Origin: a virus
Taxonomy: Duplodnaviria > Caudoviricetes
Virus record (IMG/VR): IMGVR_UViG_2868946205_000003
Strand: one strand, 5' to 3'
Length of the DNA: 64,000 nucleotides
Part shown: in pieces, positions 9,485 to 19,694 of the stretch
Position numbering within the stretch: position 1 is the stretch's first letter
How the letters are laid out: every line of letters begins with the position of its first letter
Notes under the pieces: generated by a model
Database searches by the model: none
The model's input: the letters and a program-made list of their open reading frames with translations, nothing else
What the model was told of the DNA's origin: nothing
Position numbers and translations under genes: made by a program

Positions 9485-10365
9485 GCTTTCCTCGCCACAA
9501 TGGTCGATGTCATTTTACTGAGTGCCGGAGAATTGTTTTTCAGCAGCACGCCAGCGGCATCGAACTGCCCGGAGACGGTATTCAATGCGGCGGCCAGATT
9601 GCGGCTGTCAACGCCTGCCAGCGATTGTCGCGCCGATGCCACAAACGTTGCGGCCTGACTGGTATCACGGGCTAACCGCACCGCATCAGGAAAGGACTCT
9701 TTGACGGCATTCAGCGCAGGAATAGATGACATTAGTGGCGCAGTCACGCCGCCTATCTGTGACATCAGACCGGGAATACGGGTTAGTGCAACCGTCGGAT
9801 TGGTCGCCATCTTCTGCACCGCCCGTACCGTACTGGCGGCGGTGGTGAGAGCCGATTGTGCTTTCTTCGCATAGCTCACGGCATCGCGTACCGATTGCGC
9901 CATGCCACTGGGTTTGGTGACGGCACTGGTGACAACGCCCGTACCAGGAATGGCGCTATTAATCGCGGGCGGTTTTTGAGAGCTTTTCGGGTCGCCGATG
10001 TACTCGCGCAACGTCACTTCTGCCGTCATGGCCATCACATTCCCAGACGAATCGGTCTGCTGGCTGCTAGCCGTCACGGCGGTAATCACAAACCAGCCGC
10101 GATAATCGCCATTACCGAATACCAGCGCCAGTGCCTGATGCGCACGCATCGCGCGGCGTAACCGCGACAACTCGTTATCCGGCGTGCAATACAGGCTGTG
10201 GAATACCAGGCTAATGCGGAACTCATCGAGCTGTTCGCCGACGAACTGCAATCCCGGCTTTCCCTCGATACGGCTATGCTCGGCATAATCGACGCCGAAC
10301 GTCGATTCAAAACCGTCCCAGTAGGTAATCAGCTCGAACTCAATATCACCCAATACGGCAAACAT
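9481..10365 (-). CDS. P2 GpU-like tail protein
   Basis: MFAVLGDIEF..KPGLQFVG. Confidence 0.85.
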   Translation of the reverse strand: MFAVLGDIEFELITYWDGFESTFGVDYAEHSRIEGKPGLQFVGEQLDEFRISLVFHSLYCTPDNELSRLRRAMRAHQALALVFGNGDYRGWFVITAVTASSQQTDSSGNVMAMTAEVTLREYIGDPKSSQKPPAINSAIPGTGVVTSAVTKPSGMAQSVRDAVSYAKKAQSALTTAASTVRAVQKMATNPTVALTRIPGLMSQIGGVTAPLMSSIPALNAVKESFPDAVRLARDTSQAATFVASARQSLAGVDSRNLAAALNTVSGQFDAAGVLLKNNSPALSKMTSTIVARKA

Positions 10366-12956
10366 CAGGCATACCCCCGTCGTTGTTGTTGCGCCACAAT
10401 GCGCTCCATCATCTTCTCAAGTTCGTGCAGGGACAGATTCAGGCCGCGGGTGATTTCCGGTGTGGCTGGCGTTTTCTGCCCATTGAGGTAGATGTTGGGG
10501 GAAAACGTCACGCGCAAGCCACTGTCACGCTCTCCGCTGCCAGACCGGGCTTGCTGTTGTGAGGACGGCATTACCGGTACGGCAGGAGGCTGCGGCATGT
10601 CCGGTGGTGTCTTTGTCAATGGCCCATCGGGTATTACCCTTTGTCGTGGTACAGGCTCACGGGTAAGGGACTGCATAACGGGAGCACGCAAGGGTGATAT
10701 GCCGACAGCAGGCATATCAATCGATGGCATCGTGGGTGTTAATGCATCAGCCAGATTCTGCCCAGCTTTTGCTGCCAGCGGTGTGGTGCGGCTAATTCCT
10801 ATCGCAGCCCCCTGCGATATATTATCGCCGAATGACGCAAATACCCGGCTAGGGGAATGAATACCTAATTTCTCGGCAAACCAACCCTTAATATTATCGC
10901 CTAATTCACCGACAACCTTTTTTGCGCCTTCCCATGCATTTCTAATACCGTTCACCAGACCGCTGATAATATTTGCGCCAAAGTCGGTAAACTTGCTTGG
11001 CATATCGATGCCGAAATATTTCATCACTTCGGCAAATACGGTGTAAAAAATACCGATGGGTGACCAGTTCAGAATCAACTTTGTTACTCCGCCAATGCCA
11101 CTGCTAAATGCGGTTGTAATATCATTCCAGCGTGCCCGGAACCAATTACTGATAGGTTCCCAGTAGCGATAAACCAAATAGGCTGCGACGGCGATCCCCG
11201 TCACCAATAGCCCTATAGGATTCATCAATAATGCGCGGCCCATAATCATCACGGCACGACCCACTAACGTAATACCGCGCATTAAGCCGCCGCCGAGAAT
11301 TCGTCCCAGCGATAGAGCACCACGGCCAAGTCGGGTAAACATTCCCAGCCACTGGCGAGCACGACCACCGGCCCCGAATGATGTCCGGAGCAATAGCCAT
11401 TTGGAGCGCAGCAGCACCGCGCCTTTCCAGAGGTCAACAACAGGGGATAACAAAAGATTTAAGCCCAGTTTGGTGCCGATAGCCGCTGCTTTAAAGGCCA
11501 GCAGCCCTGCAGCGGCCATCACGACACCTTTCACAATTTCTGGGTTGGCGGCGATCCATTTCCCTGCCTGGTCGATCAGCGGAATAATGGTTTCGCCCAA
11601 TGAGATTAGCGCTGGTTTTAATGACTCGCCAATGCCGATAGCCGCTTCATTCATGCGTATTTGGGTTTGTCGCCAGCGTGCCTCTAACGTATCGTTCTGC
11701 TTGGCTGCGTCTTTATCTAGTGTTTGTTGGGATTCAGGGCTATTCATTTCGGTTTTGTTGGACTGATATTTCCCCCAATCCTGACGCATTGAAATCAAAT
11801 GCTGGGCAGTCTGAATATCAGTAAAAATTTCTGCCATACCGAATGATTCAAATAATTTTTGCTGTGTCTCTTTGTCACCTCTTGCGCCTGCTTTCTGCCA
11901 TTGTTCGGCAAACGCTTTACCCTTGCCATCAATAAAACGGTTGGCAATCATGAGCGAGGCTTCATATTGCGAGAACCCCTTTGCGACGTAATCCTGCATC
12001 GAGGCTTTATAGTTAATTCCGGCTTTCTCATATTTCTGAATGGTATCGCTACGGTTCATTGCGGCCAGCCAGTTGGTCATATTAGTGACCGCCTCTTCAG
12101 CAGAACCTGAGCCTTTGGCTACCTCTAAACTGGCTACAATCTGAGTAATCGCATCTTTACCAACAATCCCTTTGGCCGCAAAAGATTTTGCCAAGCCAGG
12201 TAGCGCTTTTGCCATATCCTTCAACTCAAACGAACCCAGCTTTGCTCCCGTTGCCGCAATTGAAAATGCTTCCTCCATTTCTTTGGGGTCAGTGATTTGC
12301 AGCGCAGAGCTGAAGGCATACGTCATTTTTGCCAGTTCAGTCATATCGCCCTTCGTCGCGGTAGCGGTTTTACCCAGCATTCCTGCAAATTTTGCCGCTT
12401 CCACGGGGTTCATCCCATCCGCAACCAATTGCCCGACGCCGCCCAGTAATGCTTCCTGTGTCTGGTTGACCTTTAATGCTGCTTGTCGAATTGCTGCCCC
12501 GATAGCCTGTTCCTGCGTTTTATCCAGATCACCCGTCACTGCAATATCCCGTAGCCCCGACTCAAAGCTGGCGTATTGCTTTACCGAACTCACAATCGGT
12601 GACGCTACCGTTCTGGCCACGGCATAGGTCTCGGCACCTTTGGCATAGAGTGCCATCCGGTTTGCCCGTGCCGCATCGCTGGTTGCCGCCGCTGCTGCGA
12701 GTCGATTTTGCTGGCGCTGTAGCTGCTCCATGGTTCGCCCGATACGCTGCAGGTCGCTGTTCAGCCGCTGACTGGCGCGTGAACCGAGCTGGCCATAACG
12801 TTCTGTGGCCCGCGTAAGCGCATTTTGGCGCTCCTGCAGACGGCGCGTGGTTTCGCCAATTGAATCCAGCGTGCGGCGGGTTCCCGTTACGGCGCTGCGG
12901 AACGCACCGGATATGGCGCCGCCAATAATCACGCCTATGGAAAATTCTGTGGCCAC
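10365..12956 (-). CDS. Tail tape measure protein
   Basis: 863 aa; GSFELKDMAK, LMNPIGL, LGIHSPSRVF motifs. Confidence 0.93.
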   Translation of the reverse strand: MATEFSIGVIIGGAISGAFRSAVTGTRRTLDSIGETTRRLQERQNALTRATERYGQLGSRASQRLNSDLQRIGRTMEQLQRQQNRLAAAAATSDAARANRMALYAKGAETYAVARTVASPIVSSVKQYASFESGLRDIAVTGDLDKTQEQAIGAAIRQAALKVNQTQEALLGGVGQLVADGMNPVEAAKFAGMLGKTATATKGDMTELAKMTYAFSSALQITDPKEMEEAFSIAATGAKLGSFELKDMAKALPGLAKSFAAKGIVGKDAITQIVASLEVAKGSGSAEEAVTNMTNWLAAMNRSDTIQKYEKAGINYKASMQDYVAKGFSQYEASLMIANRFIDGKGKAFAEQWQKAGARGDKETQQKLFESFGMAEIFTDIQTAQHLISMRQDWGKYQSNKTEMNSPESQQTLDKDAAKQNDTLEARWRQTQIRMNEAAIGIGESLKPALISLGETIIPLIDQAGKWIAANPEIVKGVVMAAAGLLAFKAAAIGTKLGLNLLLSPVVDLWKGAVLLRSKWLLLRTSFGAGGRARQWLGMFTRLGRGALSLGRILGGGLMRGITLVGRAVMIMGRALLMNPIGLLVTGIAVAAYLVYRYWEPISNWFRARWNDITTAFSSGIGGVTKLILNWSPIGIFYTVFAEVMKYFGIDMPSKFTDFGANIISGLVNGIRNAWEGAKKVVGELGDNIKGWFAEKLGIHSPSRVFASFGDNISQGAAIGISRTTPLAAKAGQNLADALTPTMPSIDMPAVGISPLRAPVMQSLTREPVPRQRVIPDGPLTKTPPDMPQPPAVPVMPSSQQQARSGSGERDSGLRVTFSPNIYLNGQKTPATPEITRGLNLSLHELEKMMERIVAQQQRRGYA

Positions 12957-12998
12957 GATTTATGATTCCTTTTAACGATGCGAAACAGGGATACGGAT

Positions 12999-13268
12999 AT
13001 GGAAAACGCACTGACGGTATGTAAGGGACTGCTGATAACGGTATTCGGCGGGATATATATTTATCTGCTGGCAAAACTGGCTATCTATACCGTCAACAGC
13101 AGCAGTGAGCCGTTTGTCTGGGTGCTGATGATTGGCGGCGGTGCGGCATTATTATCGCTGGCAATGGCAGTTGCCGCGTTTCTCCTGCAACCCGCCGTCT
13201 ATTTGCTGGCCGCGATATTTGCGGGCGTTGGTGCCCTGATTAGTCGCTATCGCCGTTCTCACGTTTAA
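12999..13268 (+). CDS. Small multi-TM membrane protein, antisense to tail operon
   Basis: ~89 aa, about three hydrophobic segments; GGA upstream of ATG 12999. Confidence 0.6.
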   Translation: MENALTVCKGLLITVFGGIYIYLLAKLAIYTVNSSSEPFVWVLMIGGGAALLSLAMAVAAFLLQPAVYLLAAIFAGVGALISRYRRSHV

Positions 13269-13383
13269 TCTGTTCGCTGGCTGTTTCCAGCCAGCTCTCA
13301 AACTCATCCAGATCCAGCTCATTCAACTCACTTGGCTGAAACCGAAACCACCTCGCCAGCAGCGCCTGTGCTTGAATCAATGT
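13240..13383 (-). CDS. GpE'-like tail chaperone extension
   Basis: LARWFRFQPSELNELDLDEF..W is typical of P2 GpE'; start uncertain. Confidence 0.75.
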   Translation of the reverse strand, partial: TLIQAQALLARWFRFQPSELNELDLDEFESWLETASEQIKRENGDSD

Positions 13384-13645
13384 TTTCGGATGATGTAACC
13401 ACCCCTGTAAGGTGCTGAAATCGTTTTTGTAGCGCCAGATAGTCAGCCAAATCCATCCCATCCAAATCTTCAGGCGGCAGACCGCTGGAACGCGCAATCA
13501 GCAGGTCATCCCAGTCTTCGGCTTTATCACTGATTTTTCGTACCGCTTTCAGGTCTTTGACCTGCAGACGCCGCAGGGACAGGGATTCCAGTTTGACGCC
13601 TGCGGCAGTGGAGTAAGGGATCGATAACGTAAAGGTTTCAGACAT
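13328..13645 (-). CDS. Tail assembly chaperone (Mu gp41/P2 gpE-like)
   Basis: LRRLQVKDL...LDGMDLADY motif upstream of tape measure. Confidence 0.88.
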   Translation of the reverse strand: MSETFTLSIPYSTAAGVKLESLSLRRLQVKDLKAVRKISDKAEDWDDLLIARSSGLPPEDLDGMDLADYLALQKRFQHLTGVVTSSENIDSSTGAAGEVVSVSAK

Positions 13646-13689
13646 GCTGATGCTCCTGGTGACATTAATGTGAATTAGCGTTCAGGGGC

Positions 13690-13732
13690 AGTATGGTGCG
13701 GGGCGGGGAGAATCAATATTAATGGCAGTTAA
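13690..13732 (-). promoter_or_regulatory. Putative Mor-activated late promoter
   Basis: TTAA-N6-TTAA, 23 nt, CATACT. Confidence 0.7.
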
Positions 13733-13783
13733 CGAAAAAGGAGGGAAACCTATTCCTCCTTTATACAGAAATACAGCAGTTGC

Positions 13784-13984
13784 TTAGTTCAGTTGTAGCA
13801 CGCCATGCTGCTCAGACTCGGAATAGGCAATCAGCCCGCAATACTCCGGCACGAGAGTGCCATCATTGGCTTCAAAGGCGGGAATGGTGCCGTGGGTGAT
13901 GGTATACGCTGGCTGGCCTTCCGATTCTGCAAACTCAGCAAGCGCCTTGATCTGCTCTGCGCGTAATACGATTTTCTCACTCAT
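13784..13984 (-). CDS. Hypothetical protein
   Basis: 66-aa ORF directly after the tube gene; hairpin terminator downstream (~13736-13762). Confidence 0.6.
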   Translation of the reverse strand: MSEKIVLRAEQIKALAEFAESEGQPAYTITHGTIPAFEANDGTLVPEYCGLIAYSESEQHGVLQLN

Positions 13985-13990
13985 AGTATT

Positions 13991-14515
13991 TTAGCCCCCG
14001 ATATTCATACGATAGTCCGTCAGCTGGTCGATGCCACCCACGCGGAAGATATTGGCCAGATAATCCAGCTCCAGCAGCTCTTCGCCGTCCAGTACCTGCT
14101 TCAGATAAGAACAGGTGAAGCTACTGGAGAACTCGGCGTTCTCATGCTGCTTGAACGTACCCAACGGGTTCTTCTTGAACATGATGGTCATGTACGTCAC
14201 CAGCGGGATTTCATCAATGCGTCCCTGGGAACTGTAACGCTCAACGCTGGAGCGGCACTGCAACGCCAGCGTTTTATAAGGGTTCGCCGCACCGAGCATG
14301 GCATCACGGTAGAACGAGTTCCACTTGATCTCGCCCTCCAGTTTGTCGAACCCGGCAGGCAGTTCAACCTTACCTACCATCCCCAGCGCCTTATGCTCCT
14401 GCATCACCATGCTGACATCCGGCAGTTTCACCTCTTCAGCACGCCCCAGCAGGTTCACCCCATCCAGATAGATATTGGCGTTGGTGATGCGGTTCACTTC
14501 AATTTTCCCGGCCAT
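13991..14515 (-). CDS. Major tail tube protein (P2 FII-like)
   Basis: LGRAEEVKLP..GFDKLE; follows sheath gene. Confidence 0.9.
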   Translation of the reverse strand: MAGKIEVNRITNANIYLDGVNLLGRAEEVKLPDVSMVMQEHKALGMVGKVELPAGFDKLEGEIKWNSFYRDAMLGAANPYKTLALQCRSSVERYSSQGRIDEIPLVTYMTIMFKKNPLGTFKQHENAEFSSSFTCSYLKQVLDGEELLELDYLANIFRVGGIDQLTDYRMNIGG

Positions 14516-15942
14516 CAGCTATTGCCCTCCAACGTGACCAGATATTCGGAGGTGATCTCCGTCTCGAACGTCAACCGCTCCAACGGCGGTGGCGGCGTGT
14601 ATTTGTAGCTCAACAACAGGTGACCCGCTGCAAGCTCTGTTTCTTCATTACGTGCCGGGTCATACCAGCATTTGAAACCCAACAGCGCACCGTCACCAAT
14701 CAGCTTGCGGCCATAGCCGTTAACCGACTCGGTCAGCGCGTCGATCAACGCCTGAGTGATCGGCATATCGATGTATTGCTGGCTGAAGTAGCGGATGGAC
14801 TCGTTGATCACATCACCGGTGCGGCGCACGTTCTCAAAGTTGCGCATATGGGTCACGGTTGGCCACGCCGCACAGCGATTGCCCCACAGGCGCAGCCCGG
14901 AGCCATAGCTGTTGAACACGGTGGTGATCCCTTGTTCGTTCAGCAGGTTCACTTCACTGTTCGGGTCGTCGATCATCGCTGATAACTGACGCTCCACGCC
15001 GGTGATGCCCAGCAGCTCTTGATTGGAAGACGACCACCAGAAACCTCTCTCCAAATCGACTTTGGCACGTAATCCTGCCGCACGCTGCGACAGCGGCTCC
15101 AGCCGTTCGCTGTTGGTTTGTGCGTCATAGACTTTGACGTGCGGATAGCACAGCCGCACCCGGTCTGAACTGGTATTGAAGTTGATGCTGCCCGTTGGCC
15201 CTCGGCCCGCCAGCACCTGCGCAAACGTGGTGCCAATCGGCGCATCGATATAGGTGATGGCATCCAGTTTGTCAGCCAACGCAATCAGCTCCACGCTGAC
15301 GCTGTTCTGGGTGCAGAACACCGGCGCAATGAGGATTTTGGCAAAGAAGCCGAATTGGTTATAGGTATCGTGCAGCAGCTTCATGCCGGTACGGTTCCCC
15401 GCTGCATTGACCGCCCCGATAATTTCCGCTGCCGTTACTTTGGTCGGGTCAGCGTAATCGTAGCTGGCCAGCACCGCGTCCTCTGTCGGAATGTTGCTGT
15501 TTAGTCGGGTAATCACACCGGTTTGCGCATCGAGCTGGTAGTCTGTGCCATCAATATACGGTGTGGTTTCCAGTGACTGACGCAACACCAGCTTAGCAAT
15601 CGCACGCTGTGCCAGTTGCGCTTTTCCTGTCGCGGCGGCAAACGTCACGCTGGCATTATCGACATGGGTTTTATGCACATCCGGGTCGAGCACATTAATC
15701 ACCAGCACCGTTCCCGCTCCGTGGTCGTAAATCGCATCCAGCGCCTGCGGGATGGTGAAACCACTGTATTGGCTACCGAACTGCTCCGCATCTTTCTCTG
15801 ACAGGCACAGCGTAACGGTATTGACCGGCCCCGTGGGTGCCGTGCCGATGAGGCCGATAACGGCAGATTTCACGGTTTTCACCGGACGTGCGCCGTTTTC
15901 CACTTCCGTGGTTTCGACGCCGTGTAAATAGTTAGCTGCCAC
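14515..15942 (-). CDS. Tail sheath protein (P2 FI-like)
   Basis: YLHGVET, GFWWSSSN, GLRLWGNR, PPLERLTF. Confidence 0.95.
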   Translation of the reverse strand: MAANYLHGVETTEVENGARPVKTVKSAVIGLIGTAPTGPVNTVTLCLSEKDAEQFGSQYSGFTIPQALDAIYDHGAGTVLVINVLDPDVHKTHVDNASVTFAAATGKAQLAQRAIAKLVLRQSLETTPYIDGTDYQLDAQTGVITRLNSNIPTEDAVLASYDYADPTKVTAAEIIGAVNAAGNRTGMKLLHDTYNQFGFFAKILIAPVFCTQNSVSVELIALADKLDAITYIDAPIGTTFAQVLAGRGPTGSINFNTSSDRVRLCYPHVKVYDAQTNSERLEPLSQRAAGLRAKVDLERGFWWSSSNQELLGITGVERQLSAMIDDPNSEVNLLNEQGITTVFNSYGSGLRLWGNRCAAWPTVTHMRNFENVRRTGDVINESIRYFSQQYIDMPITQALIDALTESVNGYGRKLIGDGALLGFKCWYDPARNEETELAAGHLLLSYKYTPPPPLERLTFETEITSEYLVTLEGNS

Positions 15943-16156
15943 TGTTCACCTCCGTTTTCTCGTCAACGGTATTTTTACGGCGGGAGGCGGATACGGCGAT
16001 GACATCCGGCTCGGCGTGTAAATGCTTCAGCGCAACCAGCGTTTTGACGTAGTCGTGCGCCTCCGGTAGATCAACCACGCTGTCTGGCCACAACAGCACC
16101 TCGGTGCCGTCAGCCAGCGTGACGCCGCTGGATGGCCCGGTATAACGGTATTTCAT
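15932..16156 (-). CDS. Hypothetical virion-module protein
   Basis: 74 aa, overlaps both neighbours. Confidence 0.65.
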   Translation of the reverse strand: MKYRYTGPSSGVTLADGTEVLLWPDSVVDLPEAHDYVKTLVALKHLHAEPDVIAVSASRRKNTVDEKTEVNSGS

Positions 16157-16620
16157 GATTCGCTTTCCTCATAGTTGACCAGGGACAGTAACGGCCCATC
16201 GGGTAAATCGGTGTCTTCCAACTGGACGGATTCGGTGGAGAAATCCAGCGCGTACTGCCACAGCCCGCCGACATTGCCCAGAAACACGTCACGCACCAGC
16301 CAAATTTTGCGGCGGCAGTTCGGCGGTTTGTAACCGCACAGCACCCGACGCACTACATCCAGCACCGCCACCGCACCCTGACGTCCATTAAGTTGACGAA
16401 ACACCACGGTGGTGTTCAGCGTAATGGTGTGGGACTGCATCACCGCACCGATATCTTCCGGCTTGCCAAAGCGGGAACCGGCGTAACTCACCAGTACCGC
16501 GCCAACCGGATGATTAAGGCGGAAGTCAGCAGGCTTCTCAGGGAAATACTCAATCTGTAGCTGGGGCAGTTTTTCTTTCAGACGGGCAACCACTGCTTCG
16601 ATAACCGGATTGACGTCCAT
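16153..16620 (-). CDS. Gp37-family tail terminator-like protein
   Basis: Position after gp36 homologue; HPVGAVLVSY motif. Confidence 0.75.
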   Translation of the reverse strand: MDVNPVIEAVVARLKEKLPQLQIEYFPEKPADFRLNHPVGAVLVSYAGSRFGKPEDIGAVMQSHTITLNTTVVFRQLNGRQGAVAVLDVVRRVLCGYKPPNCRRKIWLVRDVFLGNVGGLWQYALDFSTESVQLEDTDLPDGPLLSLVNYEESES

Positions 16621-17066
16621 CAGTATTTCTCCAGCATGCCATTGTTGCCGCCAAAGGTGGCGCGGCGCGCCCGTACCCGAAACTCGCCGGATTCCGGTAC
16701 ATCCTGACTGGTTGATGGTAAGGCCAGCGTCAGCTTCGCATCACGAATATCCACCAGTTGACGCGTGGCCACCTTGTTGTCGTCTTTGACCGTATCCGGC
16801 ATCGTCCCTTCCGGGCGACGGGCATATAACCGGTAGCGGGTCAGCGTGACCGCAATGTCGCGTAGCACGGTGGGGATTTCAGCCAGCGGCAAGGTGTAAC
16901 GCCCACGTAAATGAGCATCGATCAACTCATCGGCATAGCGGATGCAACTGTCCACAACCTTGGTGTTAACCGGTGGTGGCGCATCAAAGCCAACCGTTTC
17001 ATTGGTCAACTGGATCAGCGTGGACTCCGGCACCTGTTCGAGTAAATCCGCCAACGTGCAGTACAT
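16620..17066 (-). CDS. Mu gp36/DUF1320 head-tail adaptor
   Basis: MYCTLADL...IDAHL.GRY.LPL. Confidence 0.88.
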   Translation of the reverse strand: MYCTLADLLEQVPESTLIQLTNETVGFDAPPPVNTKVVDSCIRYADELIDAHLRGRYTLPLAEIPTVLRDIAVTLTRYRLYARRPEGTMPDTVKDDNKVATRQLVDIRDAKLTLALPSTSQDVPESGEFRVRARRATFGGNNGMLEKY

Positions 17067-17068
17067 GA

Positions 17069-17407
17069 CTACACCCCGCGCAGGATTCGGATGACGTCAC
17101 CTTCGGCGAGGGCTGCATCCAGTGCGATGCCATTCGATACGCCCGCTTCCGTCAGCAGAATGGCTCGGGCTGCATTGTCGGACTGGACAGACATACCACG
17201 CCCGACAGCCGCACCGGCTTCAACGACAACAATACCGAGCACATTAACTGGCACTGCATCGCCTGCCGCACCATCTACTTCGGCAACGCCCAATGCGGCA
17301 GCACCTGCCTTACACGGAGCGTTATCCGCACCGACAAAACGCTGCTGTGCCAGGGCAGCAGTGGCCAGAACCGTGGTGGTCAGAATGACCTGTTGTGTGG
17401 CTCCCAT
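17069..17407 (-). CDS. Capsid cement protein (DUF2190-like)
   Basis: Ala/Gly-rich 112 aa; GIALDAA..GDVIRI. Confidence 0.8.
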   Translation of the reverse strand: MGATQQVILTTTVLATAALAQQRFVGADNAPCKAGAAALGVAEVDGAAGDAVPVNVLGIVVVEAGAAVGRGMSVQSDNAARAILLTEAGVSNGIALDAALAEGDVIRILRGV

Positions 17408-17417
17408 AATGCCCCCG

Positions 17418-18353
17418 TTATTTCAGGATATTGGTGATGAGATACCCGGCATCGCCGCCAACTACCGCGACTTTGTAGATATCGGTGAAACGTGCGTAGG
17501 AGACTTTGCCGCCCACGCCCGGATATTTGTCGGAAACAGGCATCCCTTTGCGCCGGAAGGTGTAGCCGAACGACGGTTCGTTTTCGTCCGCGCTTTCCGT
17601 ACCAGGCTGTGGTGGTGAAACGTAGTGCAGCATCAGGTTGTCAGCCCAAACATCAATGGGACCTTTCTTACTGTCCGGGCTGGACACTGGCTCACCGATC
17701 ACCACTTTCTGGATCTGGAAAATATCCTGCAGAATTTCTGCTGTAATGCGCTTACGCTCATTGGCACCAATCTGTGCCTGAATAGCGGGGTGATAACGCA
17801 ATACCGACATCACGCTGGCACCCATTGTCATCAAATTCGGGCGTAAGCCCGTTGCATTACGGACAGCTTCGATACCTGCTTCAATCGCGGTGACAGGTTC
17901 ACCCTTACCGTTTGCCCAACGCTCTGCGGCAGCCAGCGCCTTTTTCGAGCCAGCCAGATAAACCTTAGGGTCTTGCGCCAGTCGGGCGGCATACAGTTCG
18001 CGTTTCAGATTGACGCCGTTGGTCGCACGGCGAATGGCTTTTGCCTCTTCGTTGAACAGCGATTCGGCCTGTTCGCGGTAGTCGACTGGGGCGGCCAGAT
18101 CGTGCTCGTTGAGCACCAAATCCATCGAACTGGATTTCTCACGCAGCAGAACGTTACTTTCTGCGCCGACTGCACGTTCAGTGTCATATTCAACAAATGC
18201 GCCTTTACCGAACAGCGGCACCACAATGCCTTCCTTTTCCACCTGAACGATGGGGAAAATGCTCTCGCCGATAAACGCGGCATTCTTGTAACCCCGTGCC
18301 ACACTGGTCAACACAGGGTCAACGACGCGTTTACCTCTTAAATAATCAGACAT
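17418..18353 (-). CDS. Major capsid protein of inner phage
   Basis: VVDPVLT.VARGY.N..FIG; follows protease. Confidence 0.85.
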   Translation of the reverse strand: MSDYLRGKRVVDPVLTSVARGYKNAAFIGESIFPIVQVEKEGIVVPLFGKGAFVEYDTERAVGAESNVLLREKSSSMDLVLNEHDLAAPVDYREQAESLFNEEAKAIRRATNGVNLKRELYAARLAQDPKVYLAGSKKALAAAERWANGKGEPVTAIEAGIEAVRNATGLRPNLMTMGASVMSVLRYHPAIQAQIGANERKRITAEILQDIFQIQKVVIGEPVSSPDSKKGPIDVWADNLMLHYVSPPQPGTESADENEPSFGYTFRRKGMPVSDKYPGVGGKVSYARFTDIYKVAVVGGDAGYLITNILK

Positions 18354-18389
18354 GATGTCTCCTTTTCTTACAGTGACGGATTTCAGCGG

Positions 18390-19499
18390 TTACAGGCAGC
18401 GTGCGACAGCAGCGTCGTAGCTAATGCCTTCTTTCTTCGCCAGCGCCGTGGCTTTTTGGTGCAGTGCCAGGCGCTCAGGATCGGCTTCAGCAAATTCCGC
18501 TGACATCGTGGTGAGATCGACGTTGACGCGATCTTTGGTGGCGTGCTCACTGAAATCCAGTACAGGTGTCGCACCGCCTAACAGCTCCTTAAACGCGCTG
18601 GCCAGCGGCTTTTTCACCTCACCTTCGGCGAACTCAACCGGCTGCTCGCCTTTGGAGACTTCATCCAGCAGCGCCACGACAACCGCTTTTGCGGCTGGCA
18701 CCAGACGGCCTTCCGTCACCAGTTTTTCAGCAAAGGCGACGTTGCCGGTATGTACCGTTTCCTGCCGCTGCTTCACATCAGCAGCCAGTCGGGTGGCAGC
18801 ATCTGCCTTCAGGCGGGCGTTCTCGGCCTGCAGGGCCTCAATTTCTTCTTTGGTCACAGTGGTGTCCTCATGGGTAGATGTAGGATTAGCGGGGTTGGGT
18901 TCCTGAAATGCCGGGTCGGCTTGTACGGTTTTGTCCTCCCGCATCGCTTCATCACGCAGCGTATCGAGTTGCCACGACGGCAGAACGCTATCGGCGTCTT
19001 CCATGCCGAATTTGCTGATGATGAACTCACGCAGGCGACTGAACAGGCTGGCGCTGGTCATCATTCCCCAGTCGGCGAACTCGACCACGCCATCTTCCTG
19101 TTCATTGAAGGCTACCTGCTTCAACCCCTTAATCGACGGCGGCTGTGCGCCGAGGAACCCTACATGGCGCAGATAGAGCGTGCCGGGCTTCGGGTTATTG
19201 GGCGAATCAGGCAGGTAGAACGAGGCGGAGACTTTCTTGTAACGGCCTGCATCCACGAGTTCAGCGAACTGCGGATCGACCTGCTTAGGTTCAGCCAGCA
19301 GATCGCCGCCGCTGGTTGACAATGAAGCCACCCAGCCATAGGCCGGAGCATCCGCTTTAGGGTGGCCGATCACCATCGGGGCCTCATGCACCGCCGGATC
19401 ATAAGCAGCCGCACACGCGACCAAATCAGCAGGCGTGAACGGCAATTTCGTGCCGTGCATATCGGTATGGGTGCCGGATTTAAAAATGTGGAGTGGCAT
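18390..19499 (-). CDS. Prohead protease/scaffold (Mu gpI-like)
   Basis: AP.VIGHP..DAPAYGW, YLRHVGFLGAQPP. Confidence 0.88.
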   Translation of the reverse strand: MPLHIFKSGTHTDMHGTKLPFTPADLVACAAAYDPAVHEAPMVIGHPKADAPAYGWVASLSTSGGDLLAEPKQVDPQFAELVDAGRYKKVSASFYLPDSPNNPKPGTLYLRHVGFLGAQPPSIKGLKQVAFNEQEDGVVEFADWGMMTSASLFSRLREFIISKFGMEDADSVLPSWQLDTLRDEAMREDKTVQADPAFQEPNPANPTSTHEDTTVTKEEIEALQAENARLKADAATRLAADVKQRQETVHTGNVAFAEKLVTEGRLVPAAKAVVVALLDEVSKGEQPVEFAEGEVKKPLASAFKELLGGATPVLDFSEHATKDRVNVDLTTMSAEFAEADPERLALHQKATALAKKEGISYDAAVARCL

Positions 19500-19529
19500 A
19501 GTGCTGTCCCGGTTTGGAAAACTCAGAAC

Positions 19530-19572
19530 AGTGTCGACGGAACCGTTAAATCTGGCTGTTAACCCCCATTAA
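19530..19572 (-). promoter_or_regulatory. Putative Mor-activated late promoter
   Basis: TTAA-N6-TTAA, 23 nt, GACACT. Confidence 0.7.
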
Positions 19573-19694
19573 GAAAAACGGGGAGCAAAGCCGGTTTGGT
19601 ATGATGGGAATAGTGCGGCTGTAAAGCCTTTATAAAGGAATTTAAGCCATTTTTCAGGATAGGCGGCACATTGGCTTAACCGTGCCGCCTGAAA

